64,000 nucleotides of DNA from positions 22,304 to 86,303 of the forward strand of contig CABXEZ010000002.1 of NCBI GenBank assembly GCA_902511405.1, read 5' to 3'. Positions 37,917-48,034 of this stretch are shown here, piece by piece. The DNA is from an uncultured Alphaproteobacteria bacterium (GTDB lineage: Bacteria; Pseudomonadota; Alphaproteobacteria; HIMB59; GCA-002718135). The notes under the pieces were generated by a model. The model worked only from the letters and a program-made list of their open reading frames with translations. It was not told the DNA's origin and searched no databases. The position numbers were made by a program, and so were the translations under genes. The first letter of the stretch is position 1; the number at the start of each line of letters is the position of its first letter.

Positions 37917-38831
37917 ATGAAAAAAACTTCATTAGATAAAAAATTTGATAAATTAAGATTTCTTGAAGAAAATAATAAATTGGTTTCTAAAGATCAAAAT
38001 AGATTAATTAGTAAGTTCCTAAATAATAAATTAGCTGTCTTAGGTTTAATAATATTTTCTATAATAATACTTGCAACTATTTTTGCGCCCCTACTGACCT
38101 CCTATGATCCAATAAGGACTGATTTAAGATCAATGAGACAATCTCCTTCTCTAGACCACTGGTTTGGAACTGATAATACTGGAAGAGATGTTTTTTCAAG
38201 AGTATTGTACGGTGGTAGAGTCTCTATATTTGTTGGTTTGGGAAGTTCGCTAATGGCTGCATTGATAGGATTAGCAATAGGATGTTATGGAGGTTACAAA
38301 GGTGGATGGGTTGATGTAATCGCATTAAGAATATCTGAAATTTTTATGTCTTTTCCTCAAATTATTTTAGTTTTATTATTAGTTTCCATTACTGGTCAAA
38401 GTTTAACAAACTTATTTGTAATATTTATTTTAACTGGCTGGGGAGGTATGTACCGACTATCTCGAGCCAGAATGTTGTCTTTAAGAGAAGAAGAATATGT
38501 TCAAGCCTTAGAGAGTTTTGGCATTTCTACTTTTACGATTTGTTATAAACATATGTTACCAAACGCTCTTGGGCCAATAATGGTAATGATAACATTATCA
38601 ACAGCAATGTTTATTTTAACTGAAGCAGGTTTAAGCTTTTTAGGCTTAGGAGTGCCTCTTAATGTTCCTACTTGGGGTAATATTTTAAATGTCGCAACAG
38701 ATATTGTTGTGCTTCAAAATTATTGGTGGATGTGGGCGCCAGTTGGAATTGTTATTTCGGTATTTGTATTAGCTGTTAATTTTATAGGAGATGGTCTGAG
38801 AGATTCTACTGATCCATCACAACAAGGTTAA
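37917..38831 (+). CDS. ABC transporter permease (DppC/OppC type)
   Basis: 304 aa. ...HWFGTDNTGRDVFSRVLYGGRVS... is the hallmark DppC/OppC N-terminal motif. Confidence 0.88.
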   Translation: MKKTSLDKKFDKLRFLEENNKLVSKDQNRLISKFLNNKLAVLGLIIFSIIILATIFAPLLTSYDPIRTDLRSMRQSPSLDHWFGTDNTGRDVFSRVLYGGRVSIFVGLGSSLMAALIGLAIGCYGGYKGGWVDVIALRISEIFMSFPQIILVLLLVSITGQSLTNLFVIFILTGWGGMYRLSRARMLSLREEEYVQALESFGISTFTICYKHMLPNALGPIMVMITLSTAMFILTEAGLSFLGLGVPLNVPTWGNILNVATDIVVLQNYWWMWAPVGIVISVFVLAVNFIGDGLRDSTDPSQQG

Positions 38832-38832
38832 G

Positions 38833-39840
38833 ATGAGACACAATAAAAATATTGCTCTTTCAGTTAAAGATCTAAAGACATATTTCTATACTAATAACAG
38901 ATGCAATAAAGCAGTTAATGGGGTGTCGTTTGATATAGAAAAAGGCAAAACATTATGTGTCGTTGGTGAAAGTGGTTGTGGTAAAAGTGTAACTGCCTCA
39001 ACAATAATGCAACTCCTTCCTACTCTTTCTCGAATAGAAGAAGGGGAGATTATTTTTCACAAAGACAATGAAAAAATTAATATCGAGAAACTTGAACGTA
39101 ACGGAAAAGAAATGAGAGAAATTCGTGGTTCTGATATTGCAATGATTTTTCAAGACCCTATGACAGCACTTAACCCTGTCTATACTGTTGGTTTTCAAAT
39201 TGCTGAAAATTTAAAATATCACACCACATTGAGTAAAAAGGAAATACGAGAAAAAACAATTAGACTTTTAGATGATATGGGTATTCCGCTTCCTGAACAA
39301 AGAGTTGATGAATATCCACATAGTTATTCGGGAGGTATGCGTCAACGAGCAATGATTGCAATGGCAATGGCCTGTAATCCAAAAATATTAATAGCTGATG
39401 AACCTACAACAGCACTTGATGTTACTATTCAAGCTCAGATTTTTGAACTAATGGATAATCTCAAAAAAAATTACAACACTGCAATAATGCTTATTACTCA
39501 TGACATGGGTGTTGTTGCAGAATTAGCAGATAATGTTGCTGTTATGTATATGGGAAATATTGTTGAGTCGGGTACTGCTGATGATGTTCTGCGAAGACCT
39601 ACCCACCCTTATACAAAAGCATTACTCGATTCAGTTCCCGTTCTTGGCAGAGGAAGAGATCAAGATATCAAACCAATAAAAGGATCTACACCTGACCCAT
39701 ATGATAGACCTATTGGGTGTCAGTTTGCGCCAAGATGTAATTGGAGAACGGAGAGCTGTGATATAATGCCAGAAATTTCTAATATCAGTGAAACTCATGA
39801 AATTAGATGCCATAAATATAAGGAGATTTTTCAGTATTGA
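38833..39840 (+). CDS. ABC transporter ATP-binding protein (DppD/OppD type)
   Basis: Walker A GESGCGKS, signature YSGGMRQR, Walker B LIADEPTTALD and an oligopeptide-type C-terminal extension with Cys residues. Confidence 0.9.
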   Translation: MRHNKNIALSVKDLKTYFYTNNRCNKAVNGVSFDIEKGKTLCVVGESGCGKSVTASTIMQLLPTLSRIEEGEIIFHKDNEKINIEKLERNGKEMREIRGSDIAMIFQDPMTALNPVYTVGFQIAENLKYHTTLSKKEIREKTIRLLDDMGIPLPEQRVDEYPHSYSGGMRQRAMIAMAMACNPKILIADEPTTALDVTIQAQIFELMDNLKKNYNTAIMLITHDMGVVAELADNVAVMYMGNIVESGTADDVLRRPTHPYTKALLDSVPVLGRGRDQDIKPIKGSTPDPYDRPIGCQFAPRCNWRTESCDIMPEISNISETHEIRCHKYKEIFQY

Positions 39841-40853
39841 GTATCAATAAAGACATAGCGCTTACACTAAAAGGTGTAGAGGTTCACTTTCCTGTTAAAG
39901 CAGGGGTTTTCAAGCGCACTGTTGCTCATGTAAAGGCAGTAGATGGTGTAGACATTGATATCTACCGGGGCGAGGTGTTAGGATTAGCTGGTGAGAGTGG
40001 TTGTGGTAAAACTACTTTAGGTAAAGCCATCTTAAGATTAGTGGAGCCAACAGCAGGGAGTGTTACTTATAATTCAACTGAAAATAATACTACTGAACTT
40101 ACTTCTTTATCAAAAAAAGAGATGGATCCGTTTAGAAAAAAATTACAAATTGTTTTTCAAGACCCACACTCATCATTAAATCCTTCTTTCACCATTTTTG
40201 GATCCTTAGAAGAGCCTCTTAAAAAATATGGTGTAAGTAAAAGAAGTGAAAGAAGAAAAATTATTGGCGATTTATTAGAGGCAGTAAATATGCGTCCTGA
40301 ATATATGGATCGCTACCCACATGAATTTTCTGGAGGTCAACGACAAAGAATTGGTATTGCCAGAGCATTATGTATTGATCCTGAAATTATTGTTTGTGAT
40401 GAAGCGGTAAGTGCACTTGATGTTTCTATTCAAGCACAAGTATTGCAACTTTTAATGAAATTACGAAAAGAGAGAAATTTAACATATTTATTTATTACGC
40501 ATGACTTAAGTGTAACAGAATATTTATGTGATAGAATCGCGGTAATGTACTTGGGGAGAATTGTTGAGCTCTGCAAGTCAGAAGATTTATATAAAAACAC
40601 CCTTCACCCCTATTCGGAAGCTCTTATTTCAGCAATACCGGTGGCAGATCTAGATAAAAAAACGAAGAGAATTGTTTTAGAAGGCGATGTCCCTAGTCCT
40701 GTTAACCCACCCTCAGGCTGTCCTTTTCATCCGCGTTGTCCTAAAGCGCAAGATATATGTAAAACTAAGGTTCCTGAATTAAAAAAATATACCACAGACG
40801 GAAATGAGCATTATGCATCATGTCACTTAATTAATTTACCAGAAATATCATAA
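39837..40853 (+). CDS. ABC transporter ATP-binding protein (DppF/OppF type)
   Basis: TTG start overlapping the upstream stop. Walker A GESGCGKT, signature FSGGQRQR, Walker B IVCDEAVSALD and a C-terminal ...PSGCPFHPRCP... motif. Confidence 0.9.
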   Translation: MSINKDIALTLKGVEVHFPVKAGVFKRTVAHVKAVDGVDIDIYRGEVLGLAGESGCGKTTLGKAILRLVEPTAGSVTYNSTENNTTELTSLSKKEMDPFRKKLQIVFQDPHSSLNPSFTIFGSLEEPLKKYGVSKRSERRKIIGDLLEAVNMRPEYMDRYPHEFSGGQRQRIGIARALCIDPEIIVCDEAVSALDVSIQAQVLQLLMKLRKERNLTYLFITHDLSVTEYLCDRIAVMYLGRIVELCKSEDLYKNTLHPYSEALISAIPVADLDKKTKRIVLEGDVPSPVNPPSGCPFHPRCPKAQDICKTKVPELKKYTTDGNEHYASCHLINLPEIS

Positions 40854-41783
40854 ATGAAAAAATTTTTAGCTGAAGATTTGAATGGTGTTATGCCTGCAAT
40901 GATTACATCTTTTAATAAAGATGAAAATATAAACAAAGAAGGAATTAGAAAAACCGTAAACTATTTAGTCTCTCAAAATGTTCATGGTCTCTACATTACA
41001 GGTAGCACAGGTGAGACTTTTTTAATGTCACCAGGTGAAAAGAAGGAAGTCATCGATATTATTGTTGAAGAAGTTAATGGCAGAGTGCCGGTCATTGCGC
41101 ATATTGGATCTATTGGCACTAAGATTACAATTGAGCTTGGTCAGCATGCAGAAAAAAGTGGTGTTAATGCTTTATCAGCCCTACCCCCTTTCTATTATGG
41201 TTTCTCCAATAATGAAATTTATAATTATTATAATGATATTTCAAACTCATCAAATTTACCGATAATAGTTTATAATATCAGCCAAGCAAACTTAATGGAT
41301 TTAGATACGTTAAAAAAATTAGCATCTATTAAGAATATAAAAGGTGTAAAGTATACAGCACCGACACACTTTAATTTTAGTAAAATTAAAAAAGAAATAA
41401 GTAATGACTTTAAAATCTACTCAGGAATGGATGAGATGGCTTTATCAGGAATTATTTCAGGAGCAGATGGAATGATAGGATCATTTTATAATCTAATGCC
41501 AGAAATGTTCGTTAGCCTTTTTAATCAATTACAAAAGGGGGATATTAATGAAGCAAAAAAAATCCAGGAAAAAATCAATATTATCATCGTATATGCTTTA
41601 GAAAAATCAGGGTATCCTTTTATCAAAATGGGCATGAACTGGTTAGGCATTGACTCTGGTTATGTTAGAAGACCTTTTGTAAGTATTACCGATACAGACG
41701 TAGAGAATGAAATAAAAAAAGATTTGAAGATATTAAGTAAAGAAAATGATTTATCGGGTATTAAATTTTTAGAGGGATTATAA
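40854..41783 (+). CDS. DHDPS/N-acetylneuraminate lyase family class I aldolase (NanA-like)
   Basis: ...GLYITGSTGE..., ...PFYYGFS..., ...IVYNIS..., the Schiff-base lysine context KGVKYT, and ...YSGMDEMALSGIISGADGMIGSFYNLM...GDINEAKKIQ.... It aligns along its whole length with E. coli NanA as I recall that sequence. Confidence 0.75.
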   Translation: MKKFLAEDLNGVMPAMITSFNKDENINKEGIRKTVNYLVSQNVHGLYITGSTGETFLMSPGEKKEVIDIIVEEVNGRVPVIAHIGSIGTKITIELGQHAEKSGVNALSALPPFYYGFSNNEIYNYYNDISNSSNLPIIVYNISQANLMDLDTLKKLASIKNIKGVKYTAPTHFNFSKIKKEISNDFKIYSGMDEMALSGIISGADGMIGSFYNLMPEMFVSLFNQLQKGDINEAKKIQEKINIIIVYALEKSGYPFIKMGMNWLGIDSGYVRRPFVSITDTDVENEIKKDLKILSKENDLSGIKFLEGL

Positions 41784-41785
41784 TA

Positions 41786-43087
41786 ATGAGTAAGGGTCAA
41801 AAATTATATTCTAAAGCCAAAAAAATTGTTGCTGGTGGAAATATGCTCCTATCCAAAAGACCTGAAATGTTCTTACCTGAACATTGGCCTTCATATTTTT
41901 CTAAAACGAAGGGTTGTGAAGTTTGGGACCTAGACGGAAATAAATATATTGATACCCTAATGATGCCTGGAACAAATTCTCTTGGATACAATAATGCTGA
42001 AATTGATGAGGCTGTAATAGAAACTATTAGTAATGGGAACATGTCTACTTTAAATGCTCCTGAAGAAGTAGAGCTGACAGAAAAACTTGTCGAGTTGCAC
42101 CCTTGGGCAGATATGGCGCGGTTTGCAAGATCAGGGGGCGAAGCAAATTCAGTAGCCATCCGATTAGCAAGAGCTGCATCTGGTAAAGATAATGTTGCTT
42201 TTTGTGGTTATCACGGTTGGCATGATTGGTATTTGGCATCAAATTTATCTGATTCTAAAGGGCTTGATGGTCATTTACTTCCAGGATTGGACCCTCATGG
42301 CGTACCTCAAAATTTAAAAGACAGTGTTCATCCATTTGAATATAATAATTTTGCGAAACTTGAAGAGCTTGTTAAAACAAAAAATATCGGTGTAATTAAA
42401 ATGGAGGTCTTTCGTAACAAAGAGCCTGAAAATAATTTTTTACAACAGGTAAGAAAATTAGCTGATGATAATAACATTGTATTGGTGTTTGATGAATGTA
42501 CTTCTGGTTTCAGAAAAAATTTTGGGGGACTGCATAAACTGTATGGGGTCGAACCTGATGTAGCTATGTTTGGTAAAGCTCTTGGAAACGGATATGCTGT
42601 TACTGCTGTGTTAGGAAAAAGAGATGTCATGAAAGCTGCAGAAAAATCTTTTATTAGCAGTACCTTTTGGACAGAGAGAATTGGATCAAGTGCTGCTCTT
42701 GCTACATTAAAAGTGATGGATAAAGAAAAATCTTGGGAAAAAATAACGACTATGGGTGAAAAAATAAATAAAGAATGGATATCTTTGTCTCAAGAATTTG
42801 AGCTACCTATATCAATAAGTGGTTTAGCTGCACTCACTACTTTTAGTTTTAAAAGTAAGAATGCCCTCGCGTACAAAACTTTAATTACTCAAGAAATGCT
42901 TAAAAAAGGTTATCTTGCTGCAACAGCAGTTTATGTTTGTACTGAACACACGCCATCAATTATAAATGAGTATCTAGAGAATTTAAAACCTATCTTTCAA
43001 ACAATCAAAGAATGTGAAGAAGGACGTGATGTAATGGATTTGTTAGAAGGTCCTATTGCACACAATGGCTTTAAAAGACTTAATTAA
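41786..43087 (+). CDS. class III PLP aminotransferase (glutamate-1-semialdehyde aminomutase-like)
   Basis: 433 aa. ...ARFARSGGEANSVAIRLAR..., ...VFDECTSGFR... and the PLP lysine in ...AMFGKALGNGYAV.... Confidence 0.8.
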   Translation: MSKGQKLYSKAKKIVAGGNMLLSKRPEMFLPEHWPSYFSKTKGCEVWDLDGNKYIDTLMMPGTNSLGYNNAEIDEAVIETISNGNMSTLNAPEEVELTEKLVELHPWADMARFARSGGEANSVAIRLARAASGKDNVAFCGYHGWHDWYLASNLSDSKGLDGHLLPGLDPHGVPQNLKDSVHPFEYNNFAKLEELVKTKNIGVIKMEVFRNKEPENNFLQQVRKLADDNNIVLVFDECTSGFRKNFGGLHKLYGVEPDVAMFGKALGNGYAVTAVLGKRDVMKAAEKSFISSTFWTERIGSSAALATLKVMDKEKSWEKITTMGEKINKEWISLSQEFELPISISGLAALTTFSFKSKNALAYKTLITQEMLKKGYLAATAVYVCTEHTPSIINEYLENLKPIFQTIKECEEGRDVMDLLEGPIAHNGFKRLN

Positions 43088-44571
43088 TCTATAGCAATAA
43101 TCTTAGCACCAATTTTTTTGAAAGGTAGTCTATTAAGATTACTCGTGCACAATCCCTGGCTATCAATGTAAAAACTATGCGATGCAATAGAATCATAAGC
43201 ATCCTTATGCGATACAGCGGCTTTGATAATTATTAACTTAGCATCTTCTGGATTAATATCTTGTGAAATTAATTGCCCTAAATCCATTGGTGGTGTTTTA
43301 ATTGATGTTAATAAAAGTGTTAATTTTTCATTTTTAATAACAGCTGATAACCCCATATTTATATTCATGCCCATCATCGATGCTAAGTGTGACTGTTTAT
43401 TTTTCAATTTAAATTTACCATCAGATAGTTTTTTAATCTTGGCTTTTAATAAAATCGGAGATCCATGATATTCATCAAATTTAGCTCCAATATTGAGTTC
43501 TATTTCATCTCCCACATTATTTTGATGACACTCTCTCACAGCATCAGGATCATTAATGATTGCAACTATTCCATCATGATCAGTTTGTAATAACCGACTT
43601 AATAAATCTGTAGCATCTCCAGGAGTGCCTCCACCAATATTGTCAGATGGCTCTATAAGTAAGATGGGTTTTGATAAAGGAGGTAGAGATTGAATTTTTA
43701 CTAACGCTTCCTCTAAAGTGTTTTCTTTGGGGTAAGCAAAATTTATTTTTGACTCAAGAATAGTGGCAAGAGATGCTAAATACTTCTTAGCAGCTTTTAC
43801 ATCTCCTTTAGTACAGCAATTTAAACTAAATCCACAATCTGCAATGTCAGCATAAGAATAACCAGCCATTACATTGATGCATAAAATATTAGTATCATTT
43901 TGCTCTATTTTTTTAGCTTCTTGTAAAATAGACTTCATAGGATCATTTGCCGTCCCAACACCTGTAGGGGGTAAAATATATTTAGTTTGATAGTTAACTT
44001 GGTTTACATTTGGAGTTTCAAATAAATCATCAAGAATTGAAGTAGCCTTAATCGCTGCTTCTCTTGAGTCACTGTGTGGATTTTTTCTATATGCATAAAC
44101 GCACGTAGTATTTTCAATCATTTTATCAGAAACATTTGCATGAAGATCTAAAACAGCAACTATCGGGATAATTATTTTTTTTTGTTTTAAAAAATAATTA
44201 ATTTTTTCTAAAAAATCGCCTTCAAAATCATCATGATTTTTACTAACCATTGCTCCATGAAGAATTAAAAATATTGCATCTATATTTTTGCAGTGTTGAT
44301 CTAATTTTTCGAAAAATGTTGTATCAAAGTATTGTTCAGCTTCATGATCCACTGTTCCAGATGGTCTTGCGGACATTTGAATGCCTGGAATTATTTTCCA
44401 ATTCTTCTTAGAGGCAAATTCAATGAAGCCATCAGTTGGTGATCCATTGCCGGTATTTTCTTTGATAATATCATCACCAATATTAATTATAAAGTCATTC
44501 AAAGTTGTTGGTTGACTTAAAAATGTATGTGTTTCGTGATATATTCCTGATAAAAAAATATTTTTAGTCAT
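43084..44571 (-). CDS. M81 family metallopeptidase (MlrC/microcystinase C-like)
   Basis: 495 aa. N-terminal ...FLSGIYHETHTF... and ...LILHGAMV... / ...DLHANVS... motifs are characteristic of the MlrC N-domain, with the MlrC C-domain following. Confidence 0.72.
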   Translation of the reverse strand: MTKNIFLSGIYHETHTFLSQPTTLNDFIINIGDDIIKENTGNGSPTDGFIEFASKKNWKIIPGIQMSARPSGTVDHEAEQYFDTTFFEKLDQHCKNIDAIFLILHGAMVSKNHDDFEGDFLEKINYFLKQKKIIIPIVAVLDLHANVSDKMIENTTCVYAYRKNPHSDSREAAIKATSILDDLFETPNVNQVNYQTKYILPPTGVGTANDPMKSILQEAKKIEQNDTNILCINVMAGYSYADIADCGFSLNCCTKGDVKAAKKYLASLATILESKINFAYPKENTLEEALVKIQSLPPLSKPILLIEPSDNIGGGTPGDATDLLSRLLQTDHDGIVAIINDPDAVRECHQNNVGDEIELNIGAKFDEYHGSPILLKAKIKKLSDGKFKLKNKQSHLASMMGMNINMGLSAVIKNEKLTLLLTSIKTPPMDLGQLISQDINPEDAKLIIIKAAVSHKDAYDSIASHSFYIDSQGLCTSNLNRLPFKKIGAKIIAID

Positions 44572-45481
44572 TCATTAACTCTGGCAATTCTTTTTTAGCA
44601 ATTATTCTTATTTTTTTTACCTCATCTAATGTTGCTCCTTCATAAGGCCATAAAACTTTTTCAGAAACTGGGCCCCACCCTCCTACACAAGCAAGTAACT
44701 TATCCAAGCCCGTATTGGATAATCTAGTTGCAAGTGGAAGAATATGTGTTTTCATAAAATTCACAACTCTCATTTCAATTTGTTTGGCTTTTTCATAATC
44801 CTTATTAATTAAATCCCAAATCATTACTGCTCCATTTGGACTAAAGCAGGCAACATTTGAGTATGAGCCATTGGCGCCAAGTGGTTTACCAAAAACAACA
44901 CTATGTCCAGGGACAAAAACTGAAAAATTTTTTAATAAAGTCCTTCTATTCTTGTACCAATCCTCATCTCCTCCTGCACATTTTATTCCTATAAGATTTG
45001 GTGCTTTATCATTTAACTGTGAAATTTCTTCCAGACTAAGCAATACTTTTGCGTGCGGGGGATTGTATAAAATAAGATATATATCCTCCACCACTTCTTG
45101 TATTCCCATAATAAAATTTAAAGACTCTTGATAAGTAGGTGGCCACCAATCAGGAAGCGTAATTTGAAAACCATTAGGTTTTAGCGAGGTTAATCTTATT
45201 GCTCTCTCACGACAAATACGAGGATTTGTATGACTTAAACCTAATTGAAATTTTTTATTTTTTTTTAAAGCTATCGATGAAACTATATTTGATAATTTAT
45301 CAAACTCTTCTTCAGTTTGATTATGACATTCTGCTGCTGTACCGTTGGTATAGACGCCATGCACATCAGAGTCACATAAAATATTGACCTGCTCTTCAAA
45401 AGCAACCCAATCAATTTTACCATTTTTTACTGGTAATAAAATTGCTCCCCAAATTCCCTCAGGTCTTTGTAAAATACTCAT
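44564..45481 (-). CDS. DHDPS-family class I aldolase/lyase
   Basis: 305 aa. ...GVYTNGTAAECHNQTEEEF... stands in the GTTGE position and ...LIGIKCAGGD... is the lysine context. A divergent member. Confidence 0.6.
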   Translation of the reverse strand: MSILQRPEGIWGAILLPVKNGKIDWVAFEEQVNILCDSDVHGVYTNGTAAECHNQTEEEFDKLSNIVSSIALKKNKKFQLGLSHTNPRICRERAIRLTSLKPNGFQITLPDWWPPTYQESLNFIMGIQEVVEDIYLILYNPPHAKVLLSLEEISQLNDKAPNLIGIKCAGGDEDWYKNRRTLLKNFSVFVPGHSVVFGKPLGANGSYSNVACFSPNGAVMIWDLINKDYEKAKQIEMRVVNFMKTHILPLATRLSNTGLDKLLACVGGWGPVSEKVLWPYEGATLDEVKKIRIIAKKELPELMND

Positions 45482-45485
45482 TGAG

Positions 45486-46406
45486 TTAATGCTTATGCAA
45501 CTGTTCTTCTGCTTGTTTCACTATATCTAATCCTACTCTATCACTCCAACCTTGAAGCAATTTTTTTGTGATTGGACCTACTTTACCATCAGCTATTGTT
45601 AAACCGTTATATTTAGTAGCTGGCATTATAGAATAAGGAGTGCTTGTCATAAATAACTCATCAGCAGTTGATAAATCGTAAGGTTGAATAACTGCTTCAA
45701 TCACCTCAATGTCTAATGACTTTGCAACTTCAATTGTTGTGGCACGCGTTAAACCTTCTAAACAATTAGCTGTAGTTGGTGTAATTAATTTACCATCTCT
45801 GACCATAAATATATTGCCCCCCTTATTTTCAGCAACATTTCCATAAATATCAAGCATTATACTTTGTGCATCAGGGTCAACGAGTTTAGCTTCCATTTCT
45901 CCAAGCGTATAAAACAATCGACTTCTATTTTTAAGCCGTGGATCAAGAGACTGTGATGGTATTACTCTACTTGAAGGGGTAACAGCATGACAACCTTCCT
46001 TATAAAATTTAGCCCAAGGAAGTAAAATCATTGGTTGTGTGTAAATCATTATCGTTGCCTTACTCACTTGCAATGTTGGATTACCTCCTGTGATTGATAA
46101 TCCTCTTGATATATTGTGAACTAACCAACAATCTTCATTATCACCATATGTTTCTTTATTTACTTCAAGTAAATTTTCACTGACTTCAATCATTTCATCT
46201 TTCGTCATTCCTGGATCAATACGAGTCAATTTTAAAGATTTATATAATCGGTCAACATGCTCAATCAATTTAAAAGGTTTATAATTAAATGTACGTGTTG
46301 ACTCTGTAACAGTATCACCCAATAAAACGGCACTGTCATAAATAGATATCTTAGCTTCATTGTCAGTTACTAAATCTCCCGAAATATAAACTTTTCTATT
46401 TTTCAT
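45486..46406 (-). CDS. class IV PLP aminotransferase (branched-chain / D-amino-acid aminotransferase family)
   Basis: 306 aa. ...EAKISIYDSAVLLGDTVTESTRTF..., ...HVDRLYKSLK... and ...PGMT.... Fold-type IV pattern. Confidence 0.75.
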   Translation of the reverse strand: MKNRKVYISGDLVTDNEAKISIYDSAVLLGDTVTESTRTFNYKPFKLIEHVDRLYKSLKLTRIDPGMTKDEMIEVSENLLEVNKETYGDNEDCWLVHNISRGLSITGGNPTLQVSKATIMIYTQPMILLPWAKFYKEGCHAVTPSSRVIPSQSLDPRLKNRSRLFYTLGEMEAKLVDPDAQSIMLDIYGNVAENKGGNIFMVRDGKLITPTTANCLEGLTRATTIEVAKSLDIEVIEAVIQPYDLSTADELFMTSTPYSIMPATKYNGLTIADGKVGPITKKLLQGWSDRVGLDIVKQAEEQLHKH

Positions 46407-46409
46407 AAA

Positions 46410-47186
46410 TTAAATTATTTTTTTTTCTTTCAGCTCATCATGTAATTTTTTTTGATAAGCTTTTCCTTTTTCTACATCATGCTTTGCTGAGACACCATGA
46501 TACACAAAACCAAATGCTCTTCTGGAGCGCACAGATGATTTATTTGAACTTGCAAAATGTATAATCTTTGCATCATGCATTAAAAACATGCCAGCCTTTC
46601 CTTCAAACTTAACTGTATTTATTTTATCTTCTTCTGTACCAAAATCGGTCACACCTTGAGAGAAGCCTAAAATTTCTGATTTTCCGTGAGGTCTATAATC
46701 TTTTTTATGAGATCCTTTAACATAATGAATGCATCCATTTTCATCATCAACATCCTCTAAAGCCAACCAACCAGTTACAGCTTTATCATTATGTAAATTA
46801 AAATAATATCCATCTTGATGTGGAGGTGTCGGATTACTTTTTCCTGGAGGCTTATTAAAATATTCCATCGCTCGAGGACTCACATCTTCTCCTAGAGCAT
46901 TTGCAGCAAGATCTTTAATTTTACTATTGTAAAATAAATCATAAAAAAAACCATCGTACTCTTCTAATTTTTGCATTTGCATCAAAGTATCTTTATTTGA
47001 TTTATCGACGTAATAAACCTCTTGGTCTTTCATCTTTGGTACACAATCTTTTACGTATCGATTAAATTCTTTATTAAGAATGTCCATATCAGCAGGAGAG
47101 AATAATTCAGAGATATGATTATAACCATCTTCATCATAAGATTTTTTTAAATCACCTAGGTCTGGAATATTGAACTCAAGTCTCAT
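46410..47186 (-). CDS. phytanoyl-CoA dioxygenase (PhyH) family Fe(II)/2-oxoglutarate oxygenase
   Basis: 258 aa. H-x-D in ...PTPPHQDGYYF... and a distal His in ...AKIIHFASSN.... Close paralog of the next gene. Confidence 0.75.
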   Translation of the reverse strand: MRLEFNIPDLGDLKKSYDEDGYNHISELFSPADMDILNKEFNRYVKDCVPKMKDQEVYYVDKSNKDTLMQMQKLEEYDGFFYDLFYNSKIKDLAANALGEDVSPRAMEYFNKPPGKSNPTPPHQDGYYFNLHNDKAVTGWLALEDVDDENGCIHYVKGSHKKDYRPHGKSEILGFSQGVTDFGTEEDKINTVKFEGKAGMFLMHDAKIIHFASSNKSSVRSRRAFGFVYHGVSAKHDVEKGKAYQKKLHDELKEKKII

Positions 47187-47947
47187 ATTAAATTTTTTTC
47201 TTCCATTTCTTTACGTAGCTTAAGTTGATAAGCTTCATATGCCACCTTATCTTCTTCTGCACTCTCTCCATAATATATAAAACCAAGAGCTTTTCTAGTT
47301 CTGGTTTGAGATTTATTACCCTCCGCCCAGTGTATAGTCTTGGCATTATGTATAAGAAAAGTCCCAGCTTCACCTGGAAATGATACTGTATTGAGTTTAT
47401 CATCCTCAGTACCAAAATCAGTAACACCTTGAGAAAATCCAAGTATATTTGATTTACCATGGGGTCTATATTCTTCCTTTAAATGAGAACCTTTAACATA
47501 ATGGATACATCCATTTTCTTTATCAACTTTTTCAAGAGCTAACCAACAAGTTACAGCATTGTGTTTTTTTAACATAAAATAATATCCATCCTGATGCGGT
47601 GGTGTTGGTTTGCCAACTCCTGCTGGTTTGTTAAAGTATTGTAAATTTTTAGGAATTGCCTTTTCTTGTAAAAGAAACGAAGCGACTTCCTGTATAGAGC
47701 TTTCTTCAATTAATTTTTTAAAATAATCATCGTAGTTAAACATTTGCTGAAGATTTTTAATGGTACTCTTGTCTGATTTGTCCTCATAAAAAACATGATG
47801 ATTTGGCAGTGTTGGAACTACATCATTTATATACCTATCTATCTCATTCCTAATTTCTTGAATTTTATCTTCATTAAAAAATGAATAAATTGAGGCATAT
47901 CCATTTGAATTAAACTCTTCTTTAATTTTATTATCATTAAAATTCAT
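47183..47947 (-). CDS. phytanoyl-CoA dioxygenase (PhyH) family Fe(II)/2-oxoglutarate oxygenase
   Basis: 254 aa. ...PTPPHQDGYYF... and ...CIHYVKGSH...YRPHGKS.ILGFSQGVTDFGTE.DK.NTV.F are shared with 46410-47186, so this is a tandem duplicate. Confidence 0.75.
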   Translation of the reverse strand: MNFNDNKIKEEFNSNGYASIYSFFNEDKIQEIRNEIDRYINDVVPTLPNHHVFYEDKSDKSTIKNLQQMFNYDDYFKKLIEESSIQEVASFLLQEKAIPKNLQYFNKPAGVGKPTPPHQDGYYFMLKKHNAVTCWLALEKVDKENGCIHYVKGSHLKEEYRPHGKSNILGFSQGVTDFGTEDDKLNTVSFPGEAGTFLIHNAKTIHWAEGNKSQTRTRKALGFIYYGESAEEDKVAYEAYQLKLRKEMEEKNLI

Positions 47948-48034
47948 ATATTTACCTTGATTTAAGTTATTATGTTTATATGATAACTAAATAAATTTAT
48001 AAATCTAGCTAAAAATTAATGTAGTATAAATTTT